64,000 nt of DNA from Armatimonadota bacterium (GTDB lineage: Bacteria > Armatimonadota > HRBIN16). Positions 40,882-49,413 of the stretch are shown here, piece by piece (the stretch's first letter is position 1; each line of letters opens with the position of its first letter). The position numbers and the translations under genes are program-made. Location: NCBI GenBank assembly GCA_963677485.1, contig OY781964.1, forward strand, positions 4,256,001-4,320,000, given 5' to 3'. Below the pieces are notes generated by a model. That model did not search any database. It worked only from the letters and a program-made list of their open reading frames with translations, and was not told where the DNA came from.

Positions 40882-41955
40882 ATGAGTATGGCACAGAGTG
40901 AAGAGATTTTCATAGAGCAGATCAATGAGTTCTGCTCCATAGTAGACCGAAGCGAAACCAAGATCATCGGTATCGGCGTTCCGATATCCTTCGAGAGCCG
41001 CGGATATGGATATGGCGGCTACCAGTTCGCTAGTTGCGACTTGAATGACTACTTCTTTGCACGTAAAGTCATCCCTGAGGGTGAGGTGGCACTGCTGGCG
41101 AAGGTGCTCGGAGTCTGCTTGTCTGACACGGAGATCATCAGTGCCAGATACGATGTGGAGGGTGACGGAAACTACAAGGTGGTTGTTGGTTTTGTGGTCG
41201 ACAGCTTTGATAACATTCCAGAGTACCTCCCCGAGTATACCGTCACTTTGAGCGTACCGGCCTGCCGTTACGCTAAGATGCTGATCAACGAGAAGAAGCA
41301 GGAAGGCCGTATCGGTTACGACGAACGCATGCATGCCGACGAGTATTTCATTGGTGAGTTCCGCAAAGAGACCCCGTATGTGTATAACCAGGCGAGTTAT
41401 CCATTGAACACCTACGATGAAACAGGCGACATGCTGACCAAGTATGAGCCTGTGAAGATTCCGGCTGACGAGATCGAACGGTATGATTCTTTCCGGTTCA
41501 AAGTCGTCACCTTGCCTGAGATGAAGATCGCCTGCAGCATTTCTGTGCCCGGTTCGGGGGAATTTGTCATTTTCAAATACTTCGCCGTGGAGCAGCAAGT
41601 GTTCACCACGGACGCCGCGAGATACTATCTTCATGACTACTATGGCTTTCCCATCAGCACAGATGATGGGGGCTATAATAGTTGCTTTGGCACGCGTGTC
41701 AGCAGCTTTGAGGCCCTGCCGGAATGTGTGGAACGGATCACGCTGCCTGGAGGCATATATCTGCATATCACGCAACTTGAAGTCAACGGTGACAACCCAT
41801 CCATGCCATATGATGTCGCCTTCAACCATATTGACCGTCTGTTTTTGTCATCCCACCCACAGTATCAGCGTGACTTCAGCAAGCATGTCATCGCCAGATT
41901 CCGGCAGGCGAATTGCGCCTCGGTGTTTGTGCCCCTGCTGCTGGCTTGTAAATAA
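40882..41955 (+). CDS. Protein with two tandem GyrI-like (effector-binding) domains
   Basis: Twice-repeated pattern: IV..P.(T/M)KI.G ... Y..G..V.SF..(I/L)PE ... (V/L)P...Y ... (E/V)P(V/L). Confidence 0.65.
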   Translation: MSMAQSEEIFIEQINEFCSIVDRSETKIIGIGVPISFESRGYGYGGYQFASCDLNDYFFARKVIPEGEVALLAKVLGVCLSDTEIISARYDVEGDGNYKVVVGFVVDSFDNIPEYLPEYTVTLSVPACRYAKMLINEKKQEGRIGYDERMHADEYFIGEFRKETPYVYNQASYPLNTYDETGDMLTKYEPVKIPADEIERYDSFRFKVVTLPEMKIACSISVPGSGEFVIFKYFAVEQQVFTTDAARYYLHDYYGFPISTDDGGYNSCFGTRVSSFEALPECVERITLPGGIYLHITQLEVNGDNPSMPYDVAFNHIDRLFLSSHPQYQRDFSKHVIARFRQANCASVFVPLLLACK

Positions 41956-42094
41956 CTGATCGTAGGGGCGTCCCTTGTGGACGCCCTAAAACATGAACTA
42001 TCGAAGGAACAACGATTAGGGCGCCCACAAGGGACGCCCCTACGACAGTATCAGTTACAGCATGGGCTGCCTTGCAAGCACGGGCAAGTGCTTG
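41954..42094. mobile_element. 141-bp REPIN-like element, copy 1
   Basis: CGTAGGGGCGTCCCTTGTGGACGCCCTAA...TTAGGGCGCCCACAAGGGACGCCCCTACG inverted GTAG-REP pair plus a conserved 3' tail. Matches 50731-50871. Confidence 0.85.
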
Positions 42095-42127
42095 ATGAGA
42101 ACAAGTGACCAAAAGGAGATACCAGAA

Positions 42128-43165
42128 ATGAAATCATACCCTGTGATATCCAGTGCTGACGGCAAATACATCGACGGTATCCCTGTGCTGCGCTGGGGTA
42201 ATTGGCAGGACTGCACATATGGCGGGGCTGTGAAGTTGGTGATGGACGCTTTGGGCGTCAACGTGAGTTATGAGCAGATCATGGGCTATTCCGGCGTGTG
42301 TTACCGTATGGCTATGGCTGAGAACTGGGACCCAAGCTCCGGCATGCCACAGATTGGGCGCGATGTGGAAGCAGCTCTGAACAACGCGATTGGATTTGCC
42401 CCATATTGTATAGCTGATGCTGATCTACGCGATCAGCATGTAGTAAAATGCGTCGATGCCGGTGTACCTGTACTCGGTTGTGGGCTGAGAGGGGCACCTG
42501 AGTGGGGCGTGATTACGGGTTACGCTGGTAATGGCCACAACTTCTTTGGCCGGACCTACTTCGATGACGAAGGAGCGGATGCCAGTGAGACATATACCAA
42601 TAATCATTACTATCTGGCGGACCTGTATCCCGGCCAATTTCCCGAAAATCTGCTCAGGTTCTACGACAAACGATGCACACCGGTATCATCACGTGAAGCC
42701 TTGAAGGCCTCACTAATCGCCTGCTTAGAACTGTTTGAGCAGGCACCCAACAACTACCTGTTCGGTTACGATGCATACCAAGTGTTGATATCGGGTTTCG
42801 AATTAGATGATGATCAATATGACGAATTTGGTAATAACGGCGAACACCACCTCGGCACGCTGTTTGATGCCCGCAGATCCGCGTCTACCTACCTAAAGCA
42901 GAGTGCCATGTTGCTGGAGGAGCCCAATCGAAGCCGCATACTGCAGGTAGCCGACTTGTATTCTTCTATTGTCCGTGTTCTCCAGGCTGTTGTGCCATAT
43001 GAAGAAACATCCGCGGCGTTTGGTGGTCAAGAGACGTGGCCATGGGATCAACCACTGCGTATGCAGATAGCCGACGCGCTACGCCATGTGGTGCAGATTG
43101 AAAAAGAGCTGCGGTTAGTGGTGAAGGAGATATTATGCGAATGGGAGGACGGTCATGATCACTAA
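42128..43165 (+). CDS. BtrH-N / C39-like papain-fold protein with helical C-terminus
   Basis: GIPVLRWG..QDCTY, SYEQIMGYSG, VDAGVPVLG...PEWGVITGY. AAGGAG RBS before ATG 42128. Confidence 0.6.
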   Translation: MKSYPVISSADGKYIDGIPVLRWGNWQDCTYGGAVKLVMDALGVNVSYEQIMGYSGVCYRMAMAENWDPSSGMPQIGRDVEAALNNAIGFAPYCIADADLRDQHVVKCVDAGVPVLGCGLRGAPEWGVITGYAGNGHNFFGRTYFDDEGADASETYTNNHYYLADLYPGQFPENLLRFYDKRCTPVSSREALKASLIACLELFEQAPNNYLFGYDAYQVLISGFELDDDQYDEFGNNGEHHLGTLFDARRSASTYLKQSAMLLEEPNRSRILQVADLYSSIVRVLQAVVPYEETSAAFGGQETWPWDQPLRMQIADALRHVVQIEKELRLVVKEILCEWEDGHDH

Positions 43166-43835
43166 AATCAATCTGCTTCACTATCTGAGTGAAGCGACAT
43201 ATAAGCGGATCTGTGAGAGGTTGGGTTTGAACTCTGGTGACAATATCATCGGAAACAACTTCGTGGAATACCCGGGCGGTGTGATCACAAAGGTCCATCT
43301 ATTCAATATCAACTACAAGAGCTTCGGCCGTATCTGGTTCATGCGTGTTGATGTGGATTTCAGGCTTCTGGGCTGCAACAACGAGCAGTTTCCCGAGGCT
43401 CTGCGCACCGCCTGCATGGGTCTGTTCGGTCAAGAGGCGATGGACGACTATCCTGTATATGATCAGATCAACTGCGACTACATCGAATACTCCGCCCTGG
43501 CAGACGTCAGAAACACTGATGAAGCCATCAATAGGCTTCTGCAGGGCAAGTGCGTTGCCGACCAGCTTGACCGGGATCGCTGGGCGAACTACGAGAAGCC
43601 TCACAGCACCATCGCTTTGTATATCTGCAAAGAAGACGACCAGCGCCTCAGACTTCTGGCGAAATGCCACGGAACGGCTATGAAGAGGCGAATCAAGGAC
43701 GCTTCACTCCATCGGGCAACTGGAATCATGTCGGCGGTTGCCGTGAACGCGCAGACGGAACAGAGTGTCTTTGAGTTCCTGTGGCGGCAGTATTTTACAC
43801 CATCTGGATTTGATGATATCAACCTGACTTACTAA
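43155..43835 (+). CDS. Hypothetical protein
   Basis: 226-aa ORF overlapping the upstream stop, GGAGG RBS. Confidence 0.75.
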   Translation: MITKINLLHYLSEATYKRICERLGLNSGDNIIGNNFVEYPGGVITKVHLFNINYKSFGRIWFMRVDVDFRLLGCNNEQFPEALRTACMGLFGQEAMDDYPVYDQINCDYIEYSALADVRNTDEAINRLLQGKCVADQLDRDRWANYEKPHSTIALYICKEDDQRLRLLAKCHGTAMKRRIKDASLHRATGIMSAVAVNAQTEQSVFEFLWRQYFTPSGFDDINLTY

Positions 43836-43862
43836 TCTACCGAGAGGAATCATATAACAACA

Positions 43863-44336
43863 ATGTCATATCTCGACACGAAGCTACCGCTTGAGGCACT
43901 GCTTCAGAATTTGCCTGATGAGAAGAGGGCCAGTCTTGTCTGGCTGCTGGACTATATGAAAGCCCAGCGCATATCACCACACTGGTATGCCACCAATTCG
44001 ATGAACGTAAAGTTCAAAAACACGATCGTCTTTCGCTTTTGTATACGCCCGGAAGGGGACTGGGACATCAACCTGACAGTGGCCAGAGAGGACGACCTGG
44101 ATAGTACCCTACGCTCGCTCTCACAGGAGATGCAAGATTTCTATTTCAAGCATCTGAGGCCATGCCGACAATGCAACCCCACACACGGCAAGGGTCGGCA
44201 GATCACTATCCTCGGGCAGGAATATTACATCTGTGCCGCCCCCGAAATACAGATGCGCAACCCTTCAATTGATGACGTGCGGTATCTACAGCAGTTTGTA
44301 GATGTCAGGATGAACAACATCAAGTCCTTCAAATAG
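43863..44336 (+). CDS. Hypothetical protein with CxxC...H...C putative metal site
   Basis: CRQCNPTH.GKGRQITILG....C. GAGG RBS. Confidence 0.75.
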   Translation: MSYLDTKLPLEALLQNLPDEKRASLVWLLDYMKAQRISPHWYATNSMNVKFKNTIVFRFCIRPEGDWDINLTVAREDDLDSTLRSLSQEMQDFYFKHLRPCRQCNPTHGKGRQITILGQEYYICAAPEIQMRNPSIDDVRYLQQFVDVRMNNIKSFK

Positions 44337-44391
44337 AGGTTGTTACTGACCCAGCCGGAACTATATAAATCACAGAAATCGGAGAGTTAAC

Positions 44392-45369
44392 ATGCTTAGG
44401 AATGTGATCACAGGATTACCGAAGGTTGACTGGTCGGACGGCTCCCGCCAGAACGAGTTTGTGAACAGCGTGGTTTCTGCGCACAGTGCTCTTGGAGAGA
44501 CACTGGACTACGACACAGTATGCGCGGTATCGGGGAGTGCCTTTCGCACATCATTTTCGGTCGAAGGTTGGAACCACGGCAGCTACCACGTGGTGCATAC
44601 CCCGATTATCATAGAGCATACCTTCAATATGCTGGGATACTATGTCACGCAGCACATCCGAGGTCAGTATCAAGATGACAAAGCCTTGATCACTAGTAGC
44701 ATCGACAGGGGAGTGCCTGTCATCACGCTGGAGGGAGTGGTCAACTGCTCCGATGCCTGTGTGATCGCCGGTTATGACCAGGAAGGCGACGTGCTGCTGG
44801 GATACAGTCCTTTTATGTATATCCCCGATGATCACAACGAACCTCACGATGTGACAGGTTACTTCCGAAAGTCGAACTGGCACGATGGTTTCGCAGCTCA
44901 AGGCAGCTTGCTGCGTATCATCATAATCGATGGGAAGATTGAACAACCTGCGCCTGACGATGTGTTTCGTGAGACGCTGAAATTGGCAGTGCAGCTCATA
45001 GAGGCTCCCTCCCTGGTGGAAGGTCAGCATAATGGTCTTGCGGCGCACCAGGCGTTTGCGGATGCGTTGATGACACGTCAGTGGCAAGACGGCTTAGAGC
45101 CGTACCTTAACGTGATGTGCAACTACAAGCAATACCTCGACAGACGGTATGCCGCCGCCTATTTACGCATGAACGGCAGAGATGATTTTGCCAGTTACTA
45201 TGACAAGATCGCCGATCTCTGCGTGGAGATGGGCCAGATGATCCCTCAGGACTTTTCGGCACTGGATGTGTTCAGCGATAAGACGAAACTCAGGTTGTAT
45301 GCGGACCTGTTAAATCGCATTGGGGAGATTGAATCCAAATTCGTTAATAGGGTTAAGGAGTCATTATAA
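44392..45369 (+). CDS. Second BtrH-N / C39-like protein (catalytic residues apparently absent)
   Basis: GLPKVDW, DYDTVCAVSGSAFR, SIDRGVPVI...CVIAGYD. Aligns by eye with the 42128 protein. Confidence 0.6.
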   Translation: MLRNVITGLPKVDWSDGSRQNEFVNSVVSAHSALGETLDYDTVCAVSGSAFRTSFSVEGWNHGSYHVVHTPIIIEHTFNMLGYYVTQHIRGQYQDDKALITSSIDRGVPVITLEGVVNCSDACVIAGYDQEGDVLLGYSPFMYIPDDHNEPHDVTGYFRKSNWHDGFAAQGSLLRIIIIDGKIEQPAPDDVFRETLKLAVQLIEAPSLVEGQHNGLAAHQAFADALMTRQWQDGLEPYLNVMCNYKQYLDRRYAAAYLRMNGRDDFASYYDKIADLCVEMGQMIPQDFSALDVFSDKTKLRLYADLLNRIGEIESKFVNRVKESL

Positions 45370-47249
45370 TGAACGGCAACATCATCATTGAGCAGTTACT
45401 TCAGGATCTGCCAGAAAGTGTCCGAAACCTCGTCACGCCTTTACACGATGTCGCCGTCAGCCATTGCTGCCAATACCGAGTCGACACGGCAGAGGATGGG
45501 GTTCACATTGTGTACTCAGCGAGGTCGTTCGCAATTCACATCATGGGCGAACAATTGTCGTTCAGTGGGGAATATGACCTTCGTGCTTTTATGAACCTCT
45601 ACCATCATACGGAGGATCAAACTGCGAAAAAGCTGATGTTTGATGCGGCTGCTGTTTGTGAATATTGCATAGACGATAAATGCACTACGTTCCTGATGGC
45701 GAAGCAGCGTACGATCACCTTTAATGGTCATAGCAAAAAGTTGTGTGCCCCATGGCGGCATCATCTGCACATGAATGTGACGGTTGATGAGCTGGATTCA
45801 TGCCGTGCAATTGCCGTTATGATGTTTGAATATGTTTATCCGCATATGCATGTAGAATTATTCACCCAGAATGAGGTCACATATACGCTAATTGAGAAGG
45901 GCGTTTTCTACATCGTGGGCTACAAGACGGTTCATAACCAGTTCACCGTTTCTGACGAACAGTTTGTGGCTTCCATACTGAAAGCTGATATGAACGGTAG
46001 ACGCAAGATAGATGAGGTTCTGGAGGCCACTGGGCAAGCCGACGACGGTCATTACGTTGGTGCGACGGATAACTTCACCAATGGTGTTTTGTATGATTAT
46101 GTGTTTGGTGTGATATGCGGATCTGCACCTAAAGAGCTGCCAGAGGGAATGGTCTGCCGCAAGCTGCGATGCGGAACGTGGGCGGTCTACAACAGCAGCG
46201 CACACGACTATAAGAGCATATGGCGGCACTTCACCGACCATTTCTACGATGCTGAGAAAATGGGCTACGACACCGCCCGAATCCCATTTGAGTATTACGA
46301 CCGAGATGGACGATACTCAGATGTACATATTCCTGTAGACCCAGAAATGGGAAGAGATAGCGCGAAAACCTGGGTGCTAGTTCATACTCCGAATATCAAA
46401 ATGGCGGGATTCACGAACTATGTAGAAAATGACCACCCACTGCATAATGAATACAATTTCGACTGGTCATGTAAACTCAAAGAACTGTTTCCATATGCCG
46501 ATAAGCACATCAACACGAGCATCCATGCATTTTTTGGCAAGCCGATGCAGTGTATGAACGGCGTGGAAATTGGTGACCTGACACCAGTCCCTGATGGTGT
46601 GGAAATATACGACCTTAAGGGCGGCTACTGGCATGTGGAGGGCAAACAGCATTTCAACGGCGGGAGCTGCGGCTGGAACTTCGATAGCTTCTACGACAGC
46701 CTTCTGACTCGAGACACATTAGCGCATCCTAGAGCTTTCAACGAGTATGAATACCGTGCGCGCGGTGGATATACTGAGATAGTCGCCCCTGTCCGTGTGC
46801 GAGGCGAGCAGAAATTCGAGCTGGTGGAACTGGCGCCGCAAAATGTGATCGGGAAATTAGAAGCTCCACCTCACAGCGTAGTTTCTGATGCCGAAAAGCT
46901 GGCGTTCTATGAGTTGCCAGCGAATATGGACAAAGGTTCGTATATGATCGGGTATACACTGACGAAGGCGAACAAGATGCTGTTCTATGATAAACCACTC
47001 GTCAAAGGTGTATTAGCTAATATGGATGCGGTCATACCAGATGGTTACCAGTCATATACCCTTCAAGGTGGACGTTTCCTCAAAATCACCGAGAGTCTGC
47101 CGCTTGGGGAACCGGGATGGGAGATTGAATGGGTCAATAGCCCAGACTTCAGCATCAAGACCGGGCATGAGCCTGACTTTAGTCGGCAATTCATCATACG
47201 CCAGTATGGCTACGGTTGCACATACGAGTTTTACGTACCAGTACAATAA
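45369..47249 (+). CDS. Multidomain protein: N-terminal CxxC domain plus about three GyrI-like domains
   Basis: N-terminus resembles the 43863 protein (LLQDLP, CEYC...C, ITFNG...C). Three (L/V/I)P(E/D)G....L..G.(W/F) repeats, each ending (I/V)PV. Confidence 0.65.
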   Translation: MNGNIIIEQLLQDLPESVRNLVTPLHDVAVSHCCQYRVDTAEDGVHIVYSARSFAIHIMGEQLSFSGEYDLRAFMNLYHHTEDQTAKKLMFDAAAVCEYCIDDKCTTFLMAKQRTITFNGHSKKLCAPWRHHLHMNVTVDELDSCRAIAVMMFEYVYPHMHVELFTQNEVTYTLIEKGVFYIVGYKTVHNQFTVSDEQFVASILKADMNGRRKIDEVLEATGQADDGHYVGATDNFTNGVLYDYVFGVICGSAPKELPEGMVCRKLRCGTWAVYNSSAHDYKSIWRHFTDHFYDAEKMGYDTARIPFEYYDRDGRYSDVHIPVDPEMGRDSAKTWVLVHTPNIKMAGFTNYVENDHPLHNEYNFDWSCKLKELFPYADKHINTSIHAFFGKPMQCMNGVEIGDLTPVPDGVEIYDLKGGYWHVEGKQHFNGGSCGWNFDSFYDSLLTRDTLAHPRAFNEYEYRARGGYTEIVAPVRVRGEQKFELVELAPQNVIGKLEAPPHSVVSDAEKLAFYELPANMDKGSYMIGYTLTKANKMLFYDKPLVKGVLANMDAVIPDGYQSYTLQGGRFLKITESLPLGEPGWEIEWVNSPDFSIKTGHEPDFSRQFIIRQYGYGCTYEFYVPVQ

Positions 47250-47398
47250 GAGTGGTGGCGGGCGGTGTTATGCCTGCCATCTGAATCGCTTTCTTGGGCT
47301 AAAGTATCTAATATTTGATTTTGCCTTCGTAAATATGTCAGAATCAGAACGCAAAGAGGCGTAAATCACGCAATCAATGCGTATAGGAGGTCGGCAAC

Positions 47399-48436
47399 AT
47401 GGCAGAACCCTCAATCAACGAGGTAGTGCCCATCCACAGTAACTTTTCACCCCAGCAGATTTTAGATATATACCGCCGAATGATTTTGATCCGCCGTTTT
47501 GAGGAGAGCTGTTACGCTCCTTACAGGCAGGGTAAATTCGGTGGGTATCTTCACGTATATACAGGCCAGGAAGCTGTGGCCATGGGCTTCATGGAGGCTC
47601 TTCGATCGGATGACATGTTCATCTGCACTTATCGTGACCATGGGCATTTACTGGCACGCGGTGGTGACCCCAATCGAATCATGGCTGAGATCTTCGGTAG
47701 AGCAACAGGTGTAGCGCACGGAATGGGCGGCAGTATGCACCTGGTTGACCCTGCGCTGGGCTTCTATGGCGGATACGGCATTGTGGGCGGTAATGTGCCT
47801 CTGGCCACCGGTATCGGGTATTCCATCAAGTATAAGGGCGGCGATCAGGTCTGTCTGTGCTTCTTTGGTGAAGGCGCGTTCAATAACGGGGCTGTCCATG
47901 AAGCGCTGAATATGGCCAGCATATACGAAGTTCCAGTGGTATTTATCGTTGAGAATAACAACTATGCGATGGCCACTCCGGTGGAACGAGCCAGTGCCGT
48001 CACGAATGTCTCCGATAGGGTATCGGCCTCTTACGGCATGAAAAGTGAGCGTATCGCCGGTATGAACTTCTTCGAGGTCTACCGTGATGCCAAACGGGTC
48101 ATCGATGAGGTCCGCGCCACAGGTAAGCCATCATTCGTTGAAGCCATGACCTACCGCTTTGAAGGGCACGGCATCGCAGACAATGCCACCAACCAGGCAC
48201 TATACCGCTCGAAGCAAGAGGTGGAAGAGCAGAAGAAGCTTTGCCCGGTGGCGCAGTTGGAAGCCTACCTTTTGAAAAACGGCCTCGCTACTCAGCAACA
48301 GCTTGATGAGCTTGATAATGAGGCAAAAGCGAGAACCGCAGATGCGTTGAAGTTTGCTAATGACAGTCCTGAACCTGCAATAGCGGATCTGTATCGATCT
48401 GTGTATACGGACATGGAGGTGAAGGAATGGCGGTAA
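47399..48436 (+). CDS. pdhA: Pyruvate dehydrogenase E1 alpha
   Basis: GYLHVYTGQEA, GMGGSMH, FFGEGA...NN TPP motif, TYRFEGH. Confidence 0.93.
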   Translation: MAEPSINEVVPIHSNFSPQQILDIYRRMILIRRFEESCYAPYRQGKFGGYLHVYTGQEAVAMGFMEALRSDDMFICTYRDHGHLLARGGDPNRIMAEIFGRATGVAHGMGGSMHLVDPALGFYGGYGIVGGNVPLATGIGYSIKYKGGDQVCLCFFGEGAFNNGAVHEALNMASIYEVPVVFIVENNNYAMATPVERASAVTNVSDRVSASYGMKSERIAGMNFFEVYRDAKRVIDEVRATGKPSFVEAMTYRFEGHGIADNATNQALYRSKQEVEEQKKLCPVAQLEAYLLKNGLATQQQLDELDNEAKARTADALKFANDSPEPAIADLYRSVYTDMEVKEWR

Positions 48437-49404
48437 TTTCATATAGAGAAGCGTTGCGACTTGCTCTTCGAGAAGAGATGGAGCGAGACGACAAAGTATA
48501 TATACTGGGCGAAGAGGTGGGACACTACCAGGGAACCTACCGCGTGACAGAAGGGCTGCTTGCAAAGTTCGGGGAGCGGCGAGTTGTTGATACTCCCATT
48601 TCGGAAGCCGGTATGGTGGGCATGGCCATCGGATCGGCGATGTGTGGCCTGCGGCCAGTGCTGGAATTCATGACCTTCAGCTTTGCCCTGGTGGCGATGG
48701 ATCAACTGGTGAACCATGCAGCCAAAATCCCCTATATGTTTGGTGGACACTTGAAAGTGCCTGCCGTGTTTAGAGGGCCCGCGGGCAGTGGTGCCCAACT
48801 GGGTGCTCAGCATTCGCAAAGCCTTGAGAGCTGGTATGCGCACATCCCCGGGATGAAGGTGGTGCTGCCCTCAACACCTGCGGACGCGAAAGGGCTGTTA
48901 AAGACTGCCATCCGCGATGACAACCCTGTGATCTTTATGGAGCATGCAAAACTCTATTCGCACCGCGCAGAGGTGCCAGAGGATCCCAACTTCACAGTGC
49001 CTTTTGGTGTAGCCAATGTGCTGCACGAAGGTGACGATGTGACGATTGTGACCTATAGCCTTGGCTGCTCGATTGCCATGAAGGCTGCGGAGACGCTTCA
49101 CGAGGCACACGACATCAGTGTAGAGGTGGTTGACCTGCGCACATTGATGCCACTAGACATGGATACTGTGCTAAATTCGGTCCGCAAAACCCATAAAGTC
49201 ATCGTTCTGCACGAAGAGAACCGCACCGGAGGGTTCGGTGGGGAAATCGCTTCACGGATATATGAAGAGGGCTTCGATGATCTCGATGCTCCCGTAAAGC
49301 GAGTGGGCTCTGCCGACGTGCCGATGCCGTTTGCCAGAAATCTCGAACGCGCTGCATTGATCTCAGAACAAGATGTGATCAACGCAGTGAAGAGCTTAAT
49401 GTAG
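48427..49404 (+). CDS. pdhB: Pyruvate dehydrogenase E1 beta
   Basis: DTPISEAG, AQHSQ, PADAKGLLK, VDLRTL. Confidence 0.94.
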   Translation: MAVISYREALRLALREEMERDDKVYILGEEVGHYQGTYRVTEGLLAKFGERRVVDTPISEAGMVGMAIGSAMCGLRPVLEFMTFSFALVAMDQLVNHAAKIPYMFGGHLKVPAVFRGPAGSGAQLGAQHSQSLESWYAHIPGMKVVLPSTPADAKGLLKTAIRDDNPVIFMEHAKLYSHRAEVPEDPNFTVPFGVANVLHEGDDVTIVTYSLGCSIAMKAAETLHEAHDISVEVVDLRTLMPLDMDTVLNSVRKTHKVIVLHEENRTGGFGGEIASRIYEEGFDDLDAPVKRVGSADVPMPFARNLERAALISEQDVINAVKSLM

Positions 49405-49413
49405 GAGGATGCC

